Source: Minisyncoccota bacterium (GTDB taxonomy: Bacteria; Patescibacteriota; Minisyncoccia; Phycocordibacterales; UBA9973). Taken from it: a stretch of 64,000 bases of DNA. Below, piece by piece: positions 19,470-29,037 of this stretch. Both the position numbers and the translations under genes were made by a program. Where the stretch lies: NCBI GenBank assembly GCA_041660345.1, contig JBAZWP010000001.1, positions 1-64,000 of the forward strand, written 5' to 3'. Numbering within the stretch: position 1 is the stretch's first letter; each line of letters begins with the position of its first letter. Below the pieces are notes generated by a model. The model did not search any database. It was not told the DNA's origin and was given only the letters and a program-made list of their open reading frames with translations.

Positions 19470-19972
19470 ATTACTGTAACTTTAGCAATATTTAAATTTC
19501 CTTTATGTCGCTTTAATTCTTTAATTTTAGATGCTCTTTTTTCTATCTTATTGAAGTCATACTCCGTTAATTTAATACCATAGCTATGTGTTGTAAAGTT
19601 TTCGTCTATGTAATACAGCATATCTAAACTATCTACTGTTGAATACATAAAATTAATCTGTTCTTTCGTTACATACCTCATTTTAGGTTCACTTGTGCTA
19701 AGTGAACCACCAAATATCATTCTTGTTAATCCAGCACGATCCATATCATACAAGCGATTTTCCCAGTTAGTTTCCCAAAAAACGCGTTTAATAACATAAC
19801 CTGCTTGTTCTAGTGAACAAAAAGGACCGTTAGTTAGGCTAGTACCATATGATATTCTATTTTTATTACAAATATTTAATACCAAATCAGCTAGTTCAGT
19901 ATATGATTTGCAAGGTGTAAATTTACCATCATAATCAAGTACCCCATAATCTACTTGTTTATTTGTGTTCAT
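19466..19972 (-). CDS. hypothetical protein
   Basis: 168-aa ORF; SD GGAGATagcatATG directly downstream of a consensus promoter. Confidence 0.4.
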   Translation of the reverse strand: MNTNKQVDYGVLDYDGKFTPCKSYTELADLVLNICNKNRISYGTSLTNGPFCSLEQAGYVIKRVFWETNWENRLYDMDRAGLTRMIFGGSLSTSEPKMRYVTKEQINFMYSTVDSLDMLYYIDENFTTHSYGIKLTEYDFNKIEKRASKIKELKRHKGNLNIAKVTVI

Positions 19973-19994
19973 ATGCTATCTCCTTATGAAACAC

Positions 19995-20023
19995 AATATA
20001 TACTAAAAAATAATTTTTGTCAA
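19995..20023 (-). promoter_or_regulatory. consensus sigma70 promoter cassette (TTGACA-17-TATATT)
   Basis: Minus-strand TTGACA at 20018-20023 and TATATT at 19995-20000; member of a repeated intergenic element family. Confidence 0.55.
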
Positions 20024-20334
20024 GCTTTAAAAAGTGTACCATCATCTTTTAAGTATACATCTATTAAAGCTGGTTGATCGAATGGGATAACAGTATGAGT
20101 AGTTTGTAACCAACCTAAAAAATCAATATACTTTTCTTTTTTAACTATTATATAGCCACCTTTTTTCATTAAATAATCTAATGGTTTTTCTATATCGTCT
20201 GTTAAAAATATACATGAGTCCTTTATACATTCCTTTTTTTTATTGTTCCAATATTTATACCAATATTTTTCTTCGCTTGTTTTAGCTTTTGGAACTAATT
20301 TTGAAGGAATTAATCTAACTAGTGTCGTTATCAT
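20020..20334 (-). CDS. hypothetical protein
   Basis: 104-aa ORF. Confidence 0.3.
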   Translation of the reverse strand: MITTLVRLIPSKLVPKAKTSEEKYWYKYWNNKKKECIKDSCIFLTDDIEKPLDYLMKKGGYIIVKKEKYIDFLGWLQTTHTVIPFDQPALIDVYLKDDGTLFKA

Positions 20335-20591
20335 TTTTGTTTAAAGTTACTACATGGATATTTTTTTAAAGCCGCCTCAATTGATACTGGGCAGTCTTTA
20401 CAAAGACTTGCACGTCGTTTATTTGGAACTACACATACTTTAGTGCATGTATCGTGATAGTCATAATCACAATCAAAGCATTCTTCATTGTCTTTGCTAT
20501 AAGTAATTCCTTTAGGACATCCATTAGTCTTATTAAATGCTACTTGTTTTTCTAATTTATCTAACTTTTTTAATGTCTTTTTGTAGTTCAT
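20331..20591 (-). CDS. Cys-rich small protein
   Basis: 86-aa ORF with 9 Cys. Confidence 0.3.
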   Translation of the reverse strand: MNYKKTLKKLDKLEKQVAFNKTNGCPKGITYSKDNEECFDCDYDYHDTCTKVCVVPNKRRASLCKDCPVSIEAALKKYPCSNFKQK

Positions 20592-20853
20592 GATTATCCC
20601 TTATTCTATGTAGTTCATCGAATATATTATTTGCATCATAACTATATAGCTGCATATTATGTAAAACATTATTTGCTAATTCTTTTTGTTTATCATTATA
20701 TTCAAAATGACTTAGTATTCTTTTATGTTCATCTTGTCGCATTTTATCTAAATGATATGTCGCTGGGTATTCCTCCATTGTTTTAACGACACTAATATAT
20801 GTATGTATTGCTACTAGTAGTTTTGCATAATCTGATGGTTCTGAGTATTTCAT
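20557..20853 (-). CDS. hypothetical protein
   Basis: 98-aa ORF. Confidence 0.3.
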   Translation of the reverse strand: MKYSEPSDYAKLLVAIHTYISVVKTMEEYPATYHLDKMRQDEHKRILSHFEYNDKQKELANNVLHNMQLYSYDANNIFDELHRIRDNHELQKDIKKVR

Positions 20854-21506
20854 GTATGAATGTCCACCACAATAATTCCATGATTGTCTGGGTTAGCCTT
20901 TTCATCACAAAGTCGCATAGTTCTAACTTCATCATCTGGTGTATGCATATAATTTGTAAAAGGAGGCACCACTAAATCTTTTGAGTATGCTTCATAAAAT
21001 TTAATTATACAACTAGAGTTATACAACATTTGACCGGTATAATCTTCTTTTTCTAATCCTTTTACAACATTAGCTGTTTTTTCAAAAACTTCAGCAAACT
21101 TTGTAGTTAACTCCCTTTGGAATTGTTTTATATCATATGGTAATATTAGTCTATTTTTGATAGCTTCTAAATTATCATTACCATAATGACTAAGTTCATA
21201 TATAATAATACTCCATGCTAAATCCAGTACATGTTCGTATCTATTATCCAATTTCATTATCTCGGTATAATATTCATCTCGACCTCGCCAATCATTTTCT
21301 TTTACAAGCTGTAACACTTCATTCTTTTTATTTACAATGATTGCGGGTTGATACCAATTATTTTCATCACAAAAGTCAATTGCATATGCTTCTTGAAAAT
21401 AATTGTTAACTGCTTCGCTAGTCCATTCAAAATCAGTTGTATTAACTAAAAAAAGATAATTTGCATGCATACTTTTACTCCAATTTATTAAATAGTAATA
21501 TATCAT
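20850..21506 (-). CDS. hypothetical protein, possible partner domain of the adjacent RNA ligase-like protein
   Basis: 218-aa ORF immediately downstream of the ligase-like ORF with overlapping ends. Confidence 0.3.
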   Translation of the reverse strand: MIYYYLINWSKSMHANYLFLVNTTDFEWTSEAVNNYFQEAYAIDFCDENNWYQPAIIVNKKNEVLQLVKENDWRGRDEYYTEIMKLDNRYEHVLDLAWSIIIYELSHYGNDNLEAIKNRLILPYDIKQFQRELTTKFAEVFEKTANVVKGLEKEDYTGQMLYNSSCIIKFYEAYSKDLVVPPFTNYMHTPDDEVRTMRLCDEKANPDNHGIIVVDIHT

Positions 21507-22080
21507 CCTTACAAAAATCTTTTAGTTTTTGTAACCAAATATTGCTCTTAATTTTAAACATTAAAGGTTGATTCTTCTTGGTTGATTTACATACAACACC
21601 TTCAAATGTCATATTTTGTAGTTTACTGTTTTTAACGCTATTGTAAAATTCATCTGTAATATTACCATGATATAACAATTTTGCTATATCAAAATCTTGA
21701 AACCATTCTATAAATTCCTTAGGTTGCATCATTCCTTTTTTATATAACGATACATCGAATAGGACTACATCAAAGTTATCATTTTCAACATGGTTTCCAG
21801 CAAATGATTTACTACCATAAAATTCAAAAAAACATACAGCTTCGGTTTGTCTTTTCTTTAAGAATAAAAGGTTTAAAAGTTCATACTTGGATTGTATAAT
21901 ATATACTGCTTTTCCTAAAATAGGTTCATTTTTATCAAGTAGTCGATGTCTTGTTCCAAATTTATAAAAGCCGTTTTTTCTACTCCATTCAGCTCTAATA
22001 TTAGAACCATCTATTTTATCAAAACAATAAAAAGGTTCACCCTTTACTATGTTTTTAGTTATTGAAGGATATTGTTTCAT
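21475..22080 (-). CDS. RNA ligase-like nucleotidyltransferase domain (Rnl2-like)
   Basis: N-terminal YPSITKN...CFDKIDGSNIR resembles the T4 Rnl2 YSSLEN...EKIHGTN motif I (KxDGxN lysine-adenylate site). Confidence 0.45.
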   Translation of the reverse strand: MKQYPSITKNIVKGEPFYCFDKIDGSNIRAEWSRKNGFYKFGTRHRLLDKNEPILGKAVYIIQSKYELLNLLFLKKRQTEAVCFFEFYGSKSFAGNHVENDNFDVVLFDVSLYKKGMMQPKEFIEWFQDFDIAKLLYHGNITDEFYNSVKNSKLQNMTFEGVVCKSTKKNQPLMFKIKSNIWLQKLKDFCKDDILLFNKLE

Positions 22081-22440
22081 TTAATCCTCGATAACTATTG
22101 TATGATTTGGATGAAGTTGTTCTTCGATTATTTCATCTATACTTGATCTATTTGAAAAGAATCTATCTTTAATATCAGGTAGAAACTGTTTTAAAATAGC
22201 TTTAGTTACTCTACCTTCAAAAATATCATGAGAGTATATGAAATGTTCTGAATGGTCTTCTATACGGAGTCTAGAAGGTATATACACATATGTACCTATA
22301 CCATGCCATCCCATAAAACCCTTACGACGAACTAGATAAACTTGACCTTTTTTTAAAATGACTTTACCTTCTGCACCAAAGTCTGTACCATGGGCATTTC
22401 GTGGTAAAGTTAACTGTTTATCAAGTAAAGTAAATTGCAT
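22081..22440 (-). CDS. hypothetical protein
   Basis: 119-aa ORF. Confidence 0.3.
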   Translation of the reverse strand: MQFTLLDKQLTLPRNAHGTDFGAEGKVILKKGQVYLVRRKGFMGWHGIGTYVYIPSRLRIEDHSEHFIYSHDIFEGRVTKAILKQFLPDIKDRFFSNRSSIDEIIEEQLHPNHTIVIED

Positions 22441-22441
22441 A

Positions 22442-22825
22442 TTACAACCTTATTAGTATATCGTTTATAATTTGATTCCAGCATTGATTCCATTCTATAT
22501 CACTTACATTAAGTGCTGCCTTAACTGGAGTATATACACGATCATCCTGATTAAAAACCTTAACTGTCTTTATTGCTCTAATCATAGCATACTTTGTATC
22601 TATTTTATCTATTTTATGATCACCTTTAATTAAAATTTCAAGAGGAGTTGGTGTTGTAGGTTTAATATAATGTCTTTTTATAAACTTCCTTACATTAGAA
22701 GGATCTGATTTAAGTTCATTTGCTATTTTAGAGTAACTATAACCTTTGTTAACTAGTTCTTGAACTTGATTTTTAAATAGCTTTTGAGGATAACCATTGA
22801 ATAGTATTTCATTCATATCTTCCAT
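22442..22825 (-). CDS. HTH protein sharing a C-terminal ALNVS domain with the 405-aa HTH-repeat protein
   Basis: N-terminal LVNKGYSYSKIANEL HTH-like module; C-terminus YTPVKAALNVSDIEWNQCWNQIINDILIRL paralogous to the C-terminus of 24347..25564. Confidence 0.4.
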   Translation of the reverse strand: MEDMNEILFNGYPQKLFKNQVQELVNKGYSYSKIANELKSDPSNVRKFIKRHYIKPTTPTPLEILIKGDHKIDKIDTKYAMIRAIKTVKVFNQDDRVYTPVKAALNVSDIEWNQCWNQIINDILIRL

Positions 22826-23262
22826 TCCCCTAAATATTCATAAAATATTTTAAGTACTCGAATAAGTAACTGATGATCTCTTATAAATACTTTATCATTT
22901 TCATTTTCCCACTGTTCAAAAAATATCTCTTTAAATAAATACCCCTCAGTAATATTAAGCTGAGGATTTGTATATTTTATAAAGAATCCTTTATCATAAT
23001 ATTTATTATGTGAATGCCATAGCTGCCCACCTTCGATTAACATTTCATTAGTATACCCCTCCAATTCTTTTAAAATATCATCTTCATGGTGAAGATAAAA
23101 ACAAATTTCCATTGTCCTATTATTTAGAGGTTCTTTACAAAGCTTGCACTTTATATAATAATCTTTTTCTACACTATCATAATGGTCATCGTCTTCTATA
23201 TAATTATGGCATTGACGACATTCAGGATATTCTGGATATCTAGCTAGTATATTACTTTTCAT
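22813..23262 (-). CDS. Cys/His-rich hypothetical protein
   Basis: 149-aa ORF with CRQCHNY...CKLCKEP. Confidence 0.3.
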   Translation of the reverse strand: MKSNILARYPEYPECRQCHNYIEDDDHYDSVEKDYYIKCKLCKEPLNNRTMEICFYLHHEDDILKELEGYTNEMLIEGGQLWHSHNKYYDKGFFIKYTNPQLNITEGYLFKEIFFEQWENENDKVFIRDHQLLIRVLKIFYEYLGEWKI

Positions 23263-23444
23263 ATTTTACCTTTTTTAAGTAATTTTTCTCGCACCTTATT
23301 TTTTAAATAAGGTAAATCTGTTGTTAAATTACACTTATATAATTTAGCAGCCTTAATCCAACATGGCATTTCTGAAATTTTAACTTTTCCAGAGCTGCAA
23401 TCAAAGTTGCCATTATTATAAAATTTACATTTCGTGCAATTCAT
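23259..23444 (-). CDS. Cys-rich small protein
   Basis: 61-aa ORF. Confidence 0.25.
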   Translation of the reverse strand: MNCTKCKFYNNGNFDCSSGKVKISEMPCWIKAAKLYKCNLTTDLPYLKNKVREKLLKKGKI

Positions 23445-23655
23445 TTTCTAAAAACTGTGTATAAGCAAATTCAAACGATAACTTTTCCTTAGCACATTTT
23501 GCAAAGTTATGTAAACTTACTTGGTTTCCATCCTCAAATAGTCTAATAACTTCATTAATAGTAATATCCTGTGCTCTTAATAGTTGACCATAGTATTCTT
23601 TATATATTTCTTTTTTTTCTGATTCTGGGTACACAACCATATTCCTCCGACCCAA
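23425..23655 (-). CDS. hypothetical small protein
   Basis: 76-aa ORF. Confidence 0.25.
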   Translation of the reverse strand: MGRRNMVVYPESEKKEIYKEYYGQLLRAQDITINEVIRLFEDGNQVSLHNFAKCAKEKLSFEFAYTQFLENELHEM

Positions 23656-24334
23656 CTAGTGGGGCTAAAGCGCCATGCATCAAAGCAACATTATCTGGTG
23701 TGGTAACGTATTGATAAGCAAGCGCTACTGCAATACCGAATGTATTACCACTATGACCTGGATCAATATCTACCAATTTTATCTGGTCCTCATAATCAAG
23801 TTTATGAAAATCTTTAATTGCGTCGCCTGTTTTTAGCTTATCAGCTATTTTAATAGCTTCTGTGCAACAAAACATTTCATAGTCTTCATAGTCAACCCTG
23901 AAATTACGGTTATTCTTTCTAAACTTATTAATTCGTTTTTGGAATACTTCTGGTAAATTTCTATAAGCTTCATCGAGCTTACTTTTATTTTCCTTGAACT
24001 TTTTCTTTTTATCGTCTTTCATTTTTTGTAGTTCTTTTTTATGTAGCGCATCTTGTTCTTTAGGTGTATTATACCTTACAGTATGTGATTCACCATTTGG
24101 TTTGATAATATCGATACCTCTGATAATACCACCCCATTCAGCATTACCATACAACCTAATTGTGTCACCAATCTCAGGTATTACATCACTTACATTATCC
24201 ACATAGCAACCAAGGCAATCAGTGCATGTAACACTATAACCACCATCGCTACTATGCCTAACTTCTTCTATGGTCTTTTTGGTATAATCAAGGTCAGTAC
24301 GCTTATACCTAGCTTGTTTAGCTGTAAGCATCAT
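23600..24334 (-). CDS. hypothetical protein
   Basis: 244-aa ORF with a Lys-rich central segment. Confidence 0.35.
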   Translation of the reverse strand: MMLTAKQARYKRTDLDYTKKTIEEVRHSSDGGYSVTCTDCLGCYVDNVSDVIPEIGDTIRLYGNAEWGGIIRGIDIIKPNGESHTVRYNTPKEQDALHKKELQKMKDDKKKKFKENKSKLDEAYRNLPEVFQKRINKFRKNNRNFRVDYEDYEMFCCTEAIKIADKLKTGDAIKDFHKLDYEDQIKLVDIDPGHSGNTFGIAVALAYQYVTTPDNVALMHGALAPLVGSEEYGCVPRIRKKRNI

Positions 24335-24346
24335 TTTTAAATACCC

Positions 24347-25564
24347 TTATATTTTATTAAATAGGTCACCGATTATAGCTTCCCAGTACATATCCCATTG
24401 GGCGTTTGATACATTAAGTGCAGCTCTGACAGGTATATATAACCCATGATTCTTATCGAGCACCTTAATTGATTTAATCGCCCTTAGTATAGCGTTTTTA
24501 ATTTGATCGCTATACTCAATTATATTATCAACCTTTGGCTCAACTTTAATTGGTTCAACCACCTTAATTGGTTCAACCTTAATTGGCTCAACCTTAATTG
24601 GCTCAACCTTAATTGGCTCAACCTTAATTGACTTTGGCGCAAATCGTCTTTTAGGTATATAGTTTATATTGTACTTTCTTATATAATCGCCTATTGTTGA
24701 TTGAGTACAATGAAAGTGCCTAGCTATTTTTTCTTGGCTAAGACCCTGGTTAACTAATTCAATCAATTCACCCTTGTCTATATTTAATACACCTCTTTGA
24801 TTAGTGTATTTAATGTTATGTTCCTTGATAAAAGTGCCTACGGTTGTAGCTGAAACGCGAAAATCGTTTGCTATGTCAGTTAGGTTATTACCCATCTTAA
24901 TTAAAAGCTCTATACGAGGTATATCACGTTCTGTAATTTTAGTGTGCTTATAATTTATATTATTGTCACGAATATACTTACGTATAGTTGAACTACTAAC
25001 ATCGAAGTATTTAGCTATATCATCTACACTAAAACCTTCATTAATGAGCTTGATAAGCTCACCATTATTTAAGTTATATGATATATTCTTTATAGGTATA
25101 CCATAATATTCAAGTATACTTTTAACTGCGGCGTGGCCTATTTTTTCAATCTTATTACCATGCTTTTCATCTAGGTACTTAGCAATCTCACTACATGTTT
25201 TATTTTGATTTACATATAATTCAATTGCTTCATCTTTTGAAATATACTTAATGAATCTGGGTATACTCTTTTGTTCCTTCATTAGTATACTTGTAATAAC
25301 AGCTGTAGACATCGAGTACTTCGTTGATGCAGCGTTAGTTCCAATTTTATCAATATCATCTAGTAATTGGTTATAACCAATGCACTCACGGATATTTGAA
25401 ATTTTAGACGTGTGTGGGATTTTATTGCTATTTATAAGAATTTTCCTCACATCAAAGTATGTTCTACCAAGCTTTTTTGCTATTTCATTAATATCCTTTG
25501 TTTCAGTTTCAAAAATTTCTACGATAGTTGGTTTTTTAGATTCAAATTTTACAGTTCTTACCAT
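24347..25564 (-). CDS. multi-HTH repeat protein with (PIKVE)n linker and C-terminal ALNVS domain
   Basis: Four ~50-aa internal repeats each containing an HTH-like module (xxSxxEIAKYL / DIAKYFDVSSSTIRKYI / DIANDFRVSATTVGTFI / KIARHFHCTQSTIGDYI); six tandem PIKVE pentapeptides; C-terminus paralogous to 22442..22825. Confidence 0.5.
   Translation of the reverse strand: MVRTVKFESKKPTIVEIFETETKDINEIAKKLGRTYFDVRKILINSNKIPHTSKISNIRECIGYNQLLDDIDKIGTNAASTKYSMSTAVITSILMKEQKSIPRFIKYISKDEAIELYVNQNKTCSEIAKYLDEKHGNKIEKIGHAAVKSILEYYGIPIKNISYNLNNGELIKLINEGFSVDDIAKYFDVSSSTIRKYIRDNNINYKHTKITERDIPRIELLIKMGNNLTDIANDFRVSATTVGTFIKEHNIKYTNQRGVLNIDKGELIELVNQGLSQEKIARHFHCTQSTIGDYIRKYNINYIPKRRFAPKSIKVEPIKVEPIKVEPIKVEPIKVVEPIKVEPKVDNIIEYSDQIKNAILRAIKSIKVLDKNHGLYIPVRAALNVSNAQWDMYWEAIIGDLFNKI
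24536..24632. repeat. 15-bp in-frame tandem repeat (~6 copies, unit tcaaccttaattggc)
   Basis: Direct reading of 24536-24632; encodes the (PIKVE)n tract of the HTH-repeat protein. Confidence 0.8.
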
Positions 25565-25586
25565 TGGTTTTCTCCATTTAAGATTG

Positions 25587-25937
25587 TTATTGTATTTCTT
25601 TTAGTTTTCTAATAAGTTTAATCTTTTTGTCAAAGTATGCTAACCATTCATCTCTTATTTGCATATATTCTAGATTGATAATATTGCTTAATGGTTTTTG
25701 AATTGTACTACCTGATTTTTCATAACATTCAAGTACTGTTCTTAATATATCTTCGTATTCTTTTATAGTTATATTGTAAAATTCATTTGTCTTTAAAATA
25801 TCCTTAATCCATAATATTTCTGTATCTGTTAGATTATATACATAATTATCCTTCAAAAAGCCATCTAATCTGTTAATAATTGTTTCATAATATTTTAGGC
25901 TATTATAATCAGTTAGTTTTAGTTTTACTTTATTCAT
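25587..25937 (-). CDS. hypothetical protein
   Basis: 116-aa ORF. Confidence 0.3.
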   Translation of the reverse strand: MNKVKLKLTDYNSLKYYETIINRLDGFLKDNYVYNLTDTEILWIKDILKTNEFYNITIKEYEDILRTVLECYEKSGSTIQKPLSNIINLEYMQIRDEWLAYFDKKIKLIRKLKEIQ

Positions 25938-25939
25938 TT

Positions 25940-26155
25940 TTAATCTTCATAAGCAGTGTAAAATTCAATTCCAAGTTTATCTGGATTTATATCTATAATG
26001 TTAAACATTAAAAATAAAGTATCTACGCAATTCACTTCTTTTTTCCATTTTTTAGCGTCTTTAATATTATCTACCCATTCTTCCCCAGACCAGTATTTAT
26101 CTGTATTAGTGGCAGTATCCGTTTTACCTATATAATACCTTTTTGAAGTTTTCAT
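25940..26155 (-). CDS. hypothetical small protein
   Basis: 71-aa ORF. Confidence 0.25.
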   Translation of the reverse strand: MKTSKRYYIGKTDTATNTDKYWSGEEWVDNIKDAKKWKKEVNCVDTLFLMFNIIDINPDKLGIEFYTAYED

Positions 26156-26487
26156 TCGGCAGGTCCTAAGCGATAGCCATCAGCCTTGATAAGATGCATT
26201 CTTACCATTTTATCGGTAGTGATACCTTGTACATAGTTGACAAAATCTAAATTCTCATCATAGCTACCTTTGGTAGCTGTGAAAAACTCTATAGCAGCCA
26301 ATGTTATAGGAATATCTTCAACATTGACCCATGCTGAAATCTGTGCTTTCCAGTCTTTTGGATCGCAAACCTTATTAAACGCTTTCAGTAAGTCGCCTCG
26401 AGTAACATCTTTACCATCGATGCGGCACACTAGTTGGTTGTTAATATCGTTTTCTTCTTCAACATTTAAATTTTTTGGGTTGTACAT
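26152..26487 (-). CDS. hypothetical protein
   Basis: Start moved to ATG 26487 (MYNPKN) directly behind AGGAGATtaac and the promoter cassette. Confidence 0.35.
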   Translation of the reverse strand: MYNPKNLNVEEENDINNQLVCRIDGKDVTRGDLLKAFNKVCDPKDWKAQISAWVNVEDIPITLAAIEFFTATKGSYDENLDFVNYVQGITTDKMVRMHLIKADGYRLGPAE

Positions 26488-26512
26488 GTTAATCTCCTTA
26501 TTTATGAAACAC

Positions 26513-26541
26513 ATTATAAACTAAAAAAATTAAAATGTCAA
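26513..26541 (-). promoter_or_regulatory. consensus sigma70 promoter cassette (TTGACA-17-TATAAT)
   Basis: Minus-strand TTGACA 26536-26541, TATAAT 26513-26518. Confidence 0.6.
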
Positions 26542-26544
26542 GCT

Positions 26545-27084
26545 TTATTTTACAGCACCTATTGGTATTTCCTCAAATGGAACTAGTAAATCACCTAATT
26601 TTTTAAGTGCCTCAATAATCCATATTATTTTTGATGAATATGAAAAAGGCGCATCATAATCCCATAAATCGATTATATCATTATCATAGTAGTCTTGTTC
26701 TGTTTGAACATGATAGTTTTCTTCAACTTCTTCAGCGCTGATTTCTTTTATATCTGAAATTATTCTTATAGCTTCGTCTTTATCATATTCTAAATAATTT
26801 TTGTCATCTAATAGCTTACCGAAAATATAATCATAATTCGATTCACAAAATCCTTTGAATCTTTTTGATCTTATCATGGTAAGGTCAACTCTAAATATTG
26901 CATGACCTATATCACCATAAATGATAAGGTAACCACCTTGATATGTCACATAGTATGAATATGTAATTGTACCTTCCTTGTGACAATATATAGTGTTACT
27001 AGTTATCTCGGTTAGTATATGGTCCTTAAATGCGTTTTTAGCAAATCCTTGTATTCGCTCGAGGTTATCTTTATTTACTATCAT
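26545..27084 (-). CDS. hypothetical protein
   Basis: 179-aa ORF. Confidence 0.3.
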   Translation of the reverse strand: MIVNKDNLERIQGFAKNAFKDHILTEITSNTIYCHKEGTITYSYYVTYQGGYLIIYGDIGHAIFRVDLTMIRSKRFKGFCESNYDYIFGKLLDDKNYLEYDKDEAIRIISDIKEISAEEVEENYHVQTEQDYYDNDIIDLWDYDAPFSYSSKIIWIIEALKKLGDLLVPFEEIPIGAVK

Positions 27085-27617
27085 ACTACTTGTTTAGCCT
27101 TAACAACTTTTACAAAAGACGCATCATATTTTAATGCACTTTTTATTTTTTTAACGATTTCTTTTCTATCACCTTTATAATTGTCGCATCGTTCTTTTAA
27201 GCACAATTCTAATTGTTTAACAAGTTTTGTTTTGTCAGGTTTATGAAAATCAGGTCCACTATACCTAGTAAGCCTCCAAGGTGAACTATCCTCGTTACAT
27301 TTTAAATAGCAAGTTTGGCATTGTGGACATTGATAACTGTATAAAGCACAAAGAGCGCATGTATCACCACCTCTGTCTAAATACCAAAAGCCTGCTTTAT
27401 TTATTTTATTTTGATTCCATTTAATATAAGATAAGTATAACCCAATTAAATCAGTGTCCTCATCATATTCTACTTTTTCTACAAATGTGTACATACCACC
27501 TAATATTTTATCTGTTTGATGTAATACTTCATTATTTATACTGAGTATTATTTTAGTTATCTTAGGAAGAGTTAATTTTATCTTAATTTTAGTTATTTCT
27601 TCAAATAATGTTTCCAT
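27081..27617 (-). CDS. Cys-rich SYIKWxQN-family protein (paralog 1 of 4)
   Basis: LSYIKWNQNKINKAGFWYLDRGGDTCALC...C...C motif block shared with three other ORFs. Confidence 0.4.
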   Translation of the reverse strand: METLFEEITKIKIKLTLPKITKIILSINNEVLHQTDKILGGMYTFVEKVEYDEDTDLIGLYLSYIKWNQNKINKAGFWYLDRGGDTCALCALYSYQCPQCQTCYLKCNEDSSPWRLTRYSGPDFHKPDKTKLVKQLELCLKERCDNYKGDRKEIVKKIKSALKYDASFVKVVKAKQVV

Positions 27618-27627
27618 CCAGATATCC

Positions 27628-28128
27628 TTATATTACTAATTTTTCTAAAGTTTCTATATCTATATACCATGATCTATGTACTAAACATTCGTTAGGGTAT
27701 TTTAATTTTAATTGAATTCTCTTTTCATTTAAAACTTTAATTGCATGCTCTTGATTATCATAACCTTGCATAACAGCTATTATAACTTCATAACGCTTAT
27801 GATTAATATGATTGTAAAAATTAGTTAAGACCATATATTTAGGTGTTGCTATTTTATTATAATTATCATACTCTATATCTGGTTGTATTGATTGAAAATC
27901 AGATGATACTATTTCATCAACATCACCTGTTTTTAAATTCATAATGATATGGTATTCAGGTAGTGCTGCTTTTTTAAGGGCGTACTCACCTAAATTATCT
28001 GTTTCATATTCTTCATAATCTTCACAAAAATGAGATGCTATTAGTGATTTCGCTTTACCTTCAGAAGAAACTACCCCAACTATACGGTAATCCGAATAAC
28101 AACCTGATGTTAATATATATATTGTCAT
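27628..28128 (-). CDS. hypothetical protein
   Basis: 166-aa ORF. Confidence 0.3.
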   Translation of the reverse strand: MTIYILTSGCYSDYRIVGVVSSEGKAKSLIASHFCEDYEEYETDNLGEYALKKAALPEYHIIMNLKTGDVDEIVSSDFQSIQPDIEYDNYNKIATPKYMVLTNFYNHINHKRYEVIIAVMQGYDNQEHAIKVLNEKRIQLKLKYPNECLVHRSWYIDIETLEKLVI

Positions 28129-28433
28129 AAATTTATGCTAAACTTTATATTAATATACTTTAAACTCTGGTATAATTGAATATATATCTTACCGTCCTTA
28201 AATGTTATTGTACCTTTTTCTGTATCATAAGTATTTTGTTCTTTATACTTTTCCCAGTTTGCACGACTTGATTCAATAATCCCAGTTAGAACTAAAAATG
28301 TATATAAATCGTTTGGTTGTATAGTTACACTATCATCATTTTCTTCTACAAAAGTGATGTTTGTATATTGAATTTCGGGATCAATAGATATTAATAAATC
28401 TACTGCTTCTTCTTTAGTCATCATAAGCACCAC
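28125..28433 (-). CDS. hypothetical protein
   Basis: 102-aa ORF. Confidence 0.3.
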   Translation of the reverse strand: MVLMMTKEEAVDLLISIDPEIQYTNITFVEENDDSVTIQPNDLYTFLVLTGIIESSRANWEKYKEQNTYDTEKGTITFKDGKIYIQLYQSLKYINIKFSINL

Positions 28434-28771
28434 ACTCTAAAAAGCTCAAGCATTATAAACATATTAGCTAATGATCCATCATCTCTTAATTCTTTATCTT
28501 CTTTTATTACTTCGATATGTCTTTCTAACGATTCTTTATGTGCTTTATGTAGTGCATAACTAATATGCTGATCCCATGTAGCATAAAATGCATGCTCACC
28601 ATTAAATACACGAATTTCTTTACGGAATATTTGCATTATTAATGTAGCTTCATCATAAGATAAAAACCGCGTTCTTACCCATTCAGCTAAATGCATTCCA
28701 TATATTAAAAGCTGTGTGCCTTTTTTATAATCATCTATTTCTCTAGATGGCATTTCCCATAAATCACTCAT
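28421..28771 (-). CDS. hypothetical protein
   Basis: 116-aa ORF. Confidence 0.3.
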   Translation of the reverse strand: MSDLWEMPSREIDDYKKGTQLLIYGMHLAEWVRTRFLSYDEATLIMQIFRKEIRVFNGEHAFYATWDQHISYALHKAHKESLERHIEVIKEDKELRDDGSLANMFIMLELFRVWCL

Positions 28772-29037
28772 TTTAAACTCTCCTTAATGCGATTAAAAGC
28801 TTTTAATACTCTTTTCTGGTCTATATCCCAACCATCCTCTTTACTCCAAATTGTTTTACGACCATTCCATTTAAAGCACGCTTCATAATACATTTTATCT
28901 AATATATCACCACTAAGTGTATCAACCTCTATGGTTTGATATATAACTTGTGTTCTATAACCCAACACATGGTAATCAACTGTATATGGTTCGGGTTCAA
29001 TATCAAATATATCGATTGTTTCAAACAATACTTTCAT
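28768..29037 (-). CDS. hypothetical protein
   Basis: 89-aa ORF. Confidence 0.3.
   Translation of the reverse strand: MKVLFETIDIFDIEPEPYTVDYHVLGYRTQVIYQTIEVDTLSGDILDKMYYEACFKWNGRKTIWSKEDGWDIDQKRVLKAFNRIKESLK

Noticed and set aside
24536-24632. Possible CRISPR-like array (short direct repeats)
   Set aside because: Repeats are 15 bp, contiguous without spacers, in-frame and inside a CDS (PIKVE peptide repeat); not a CRISPR array.
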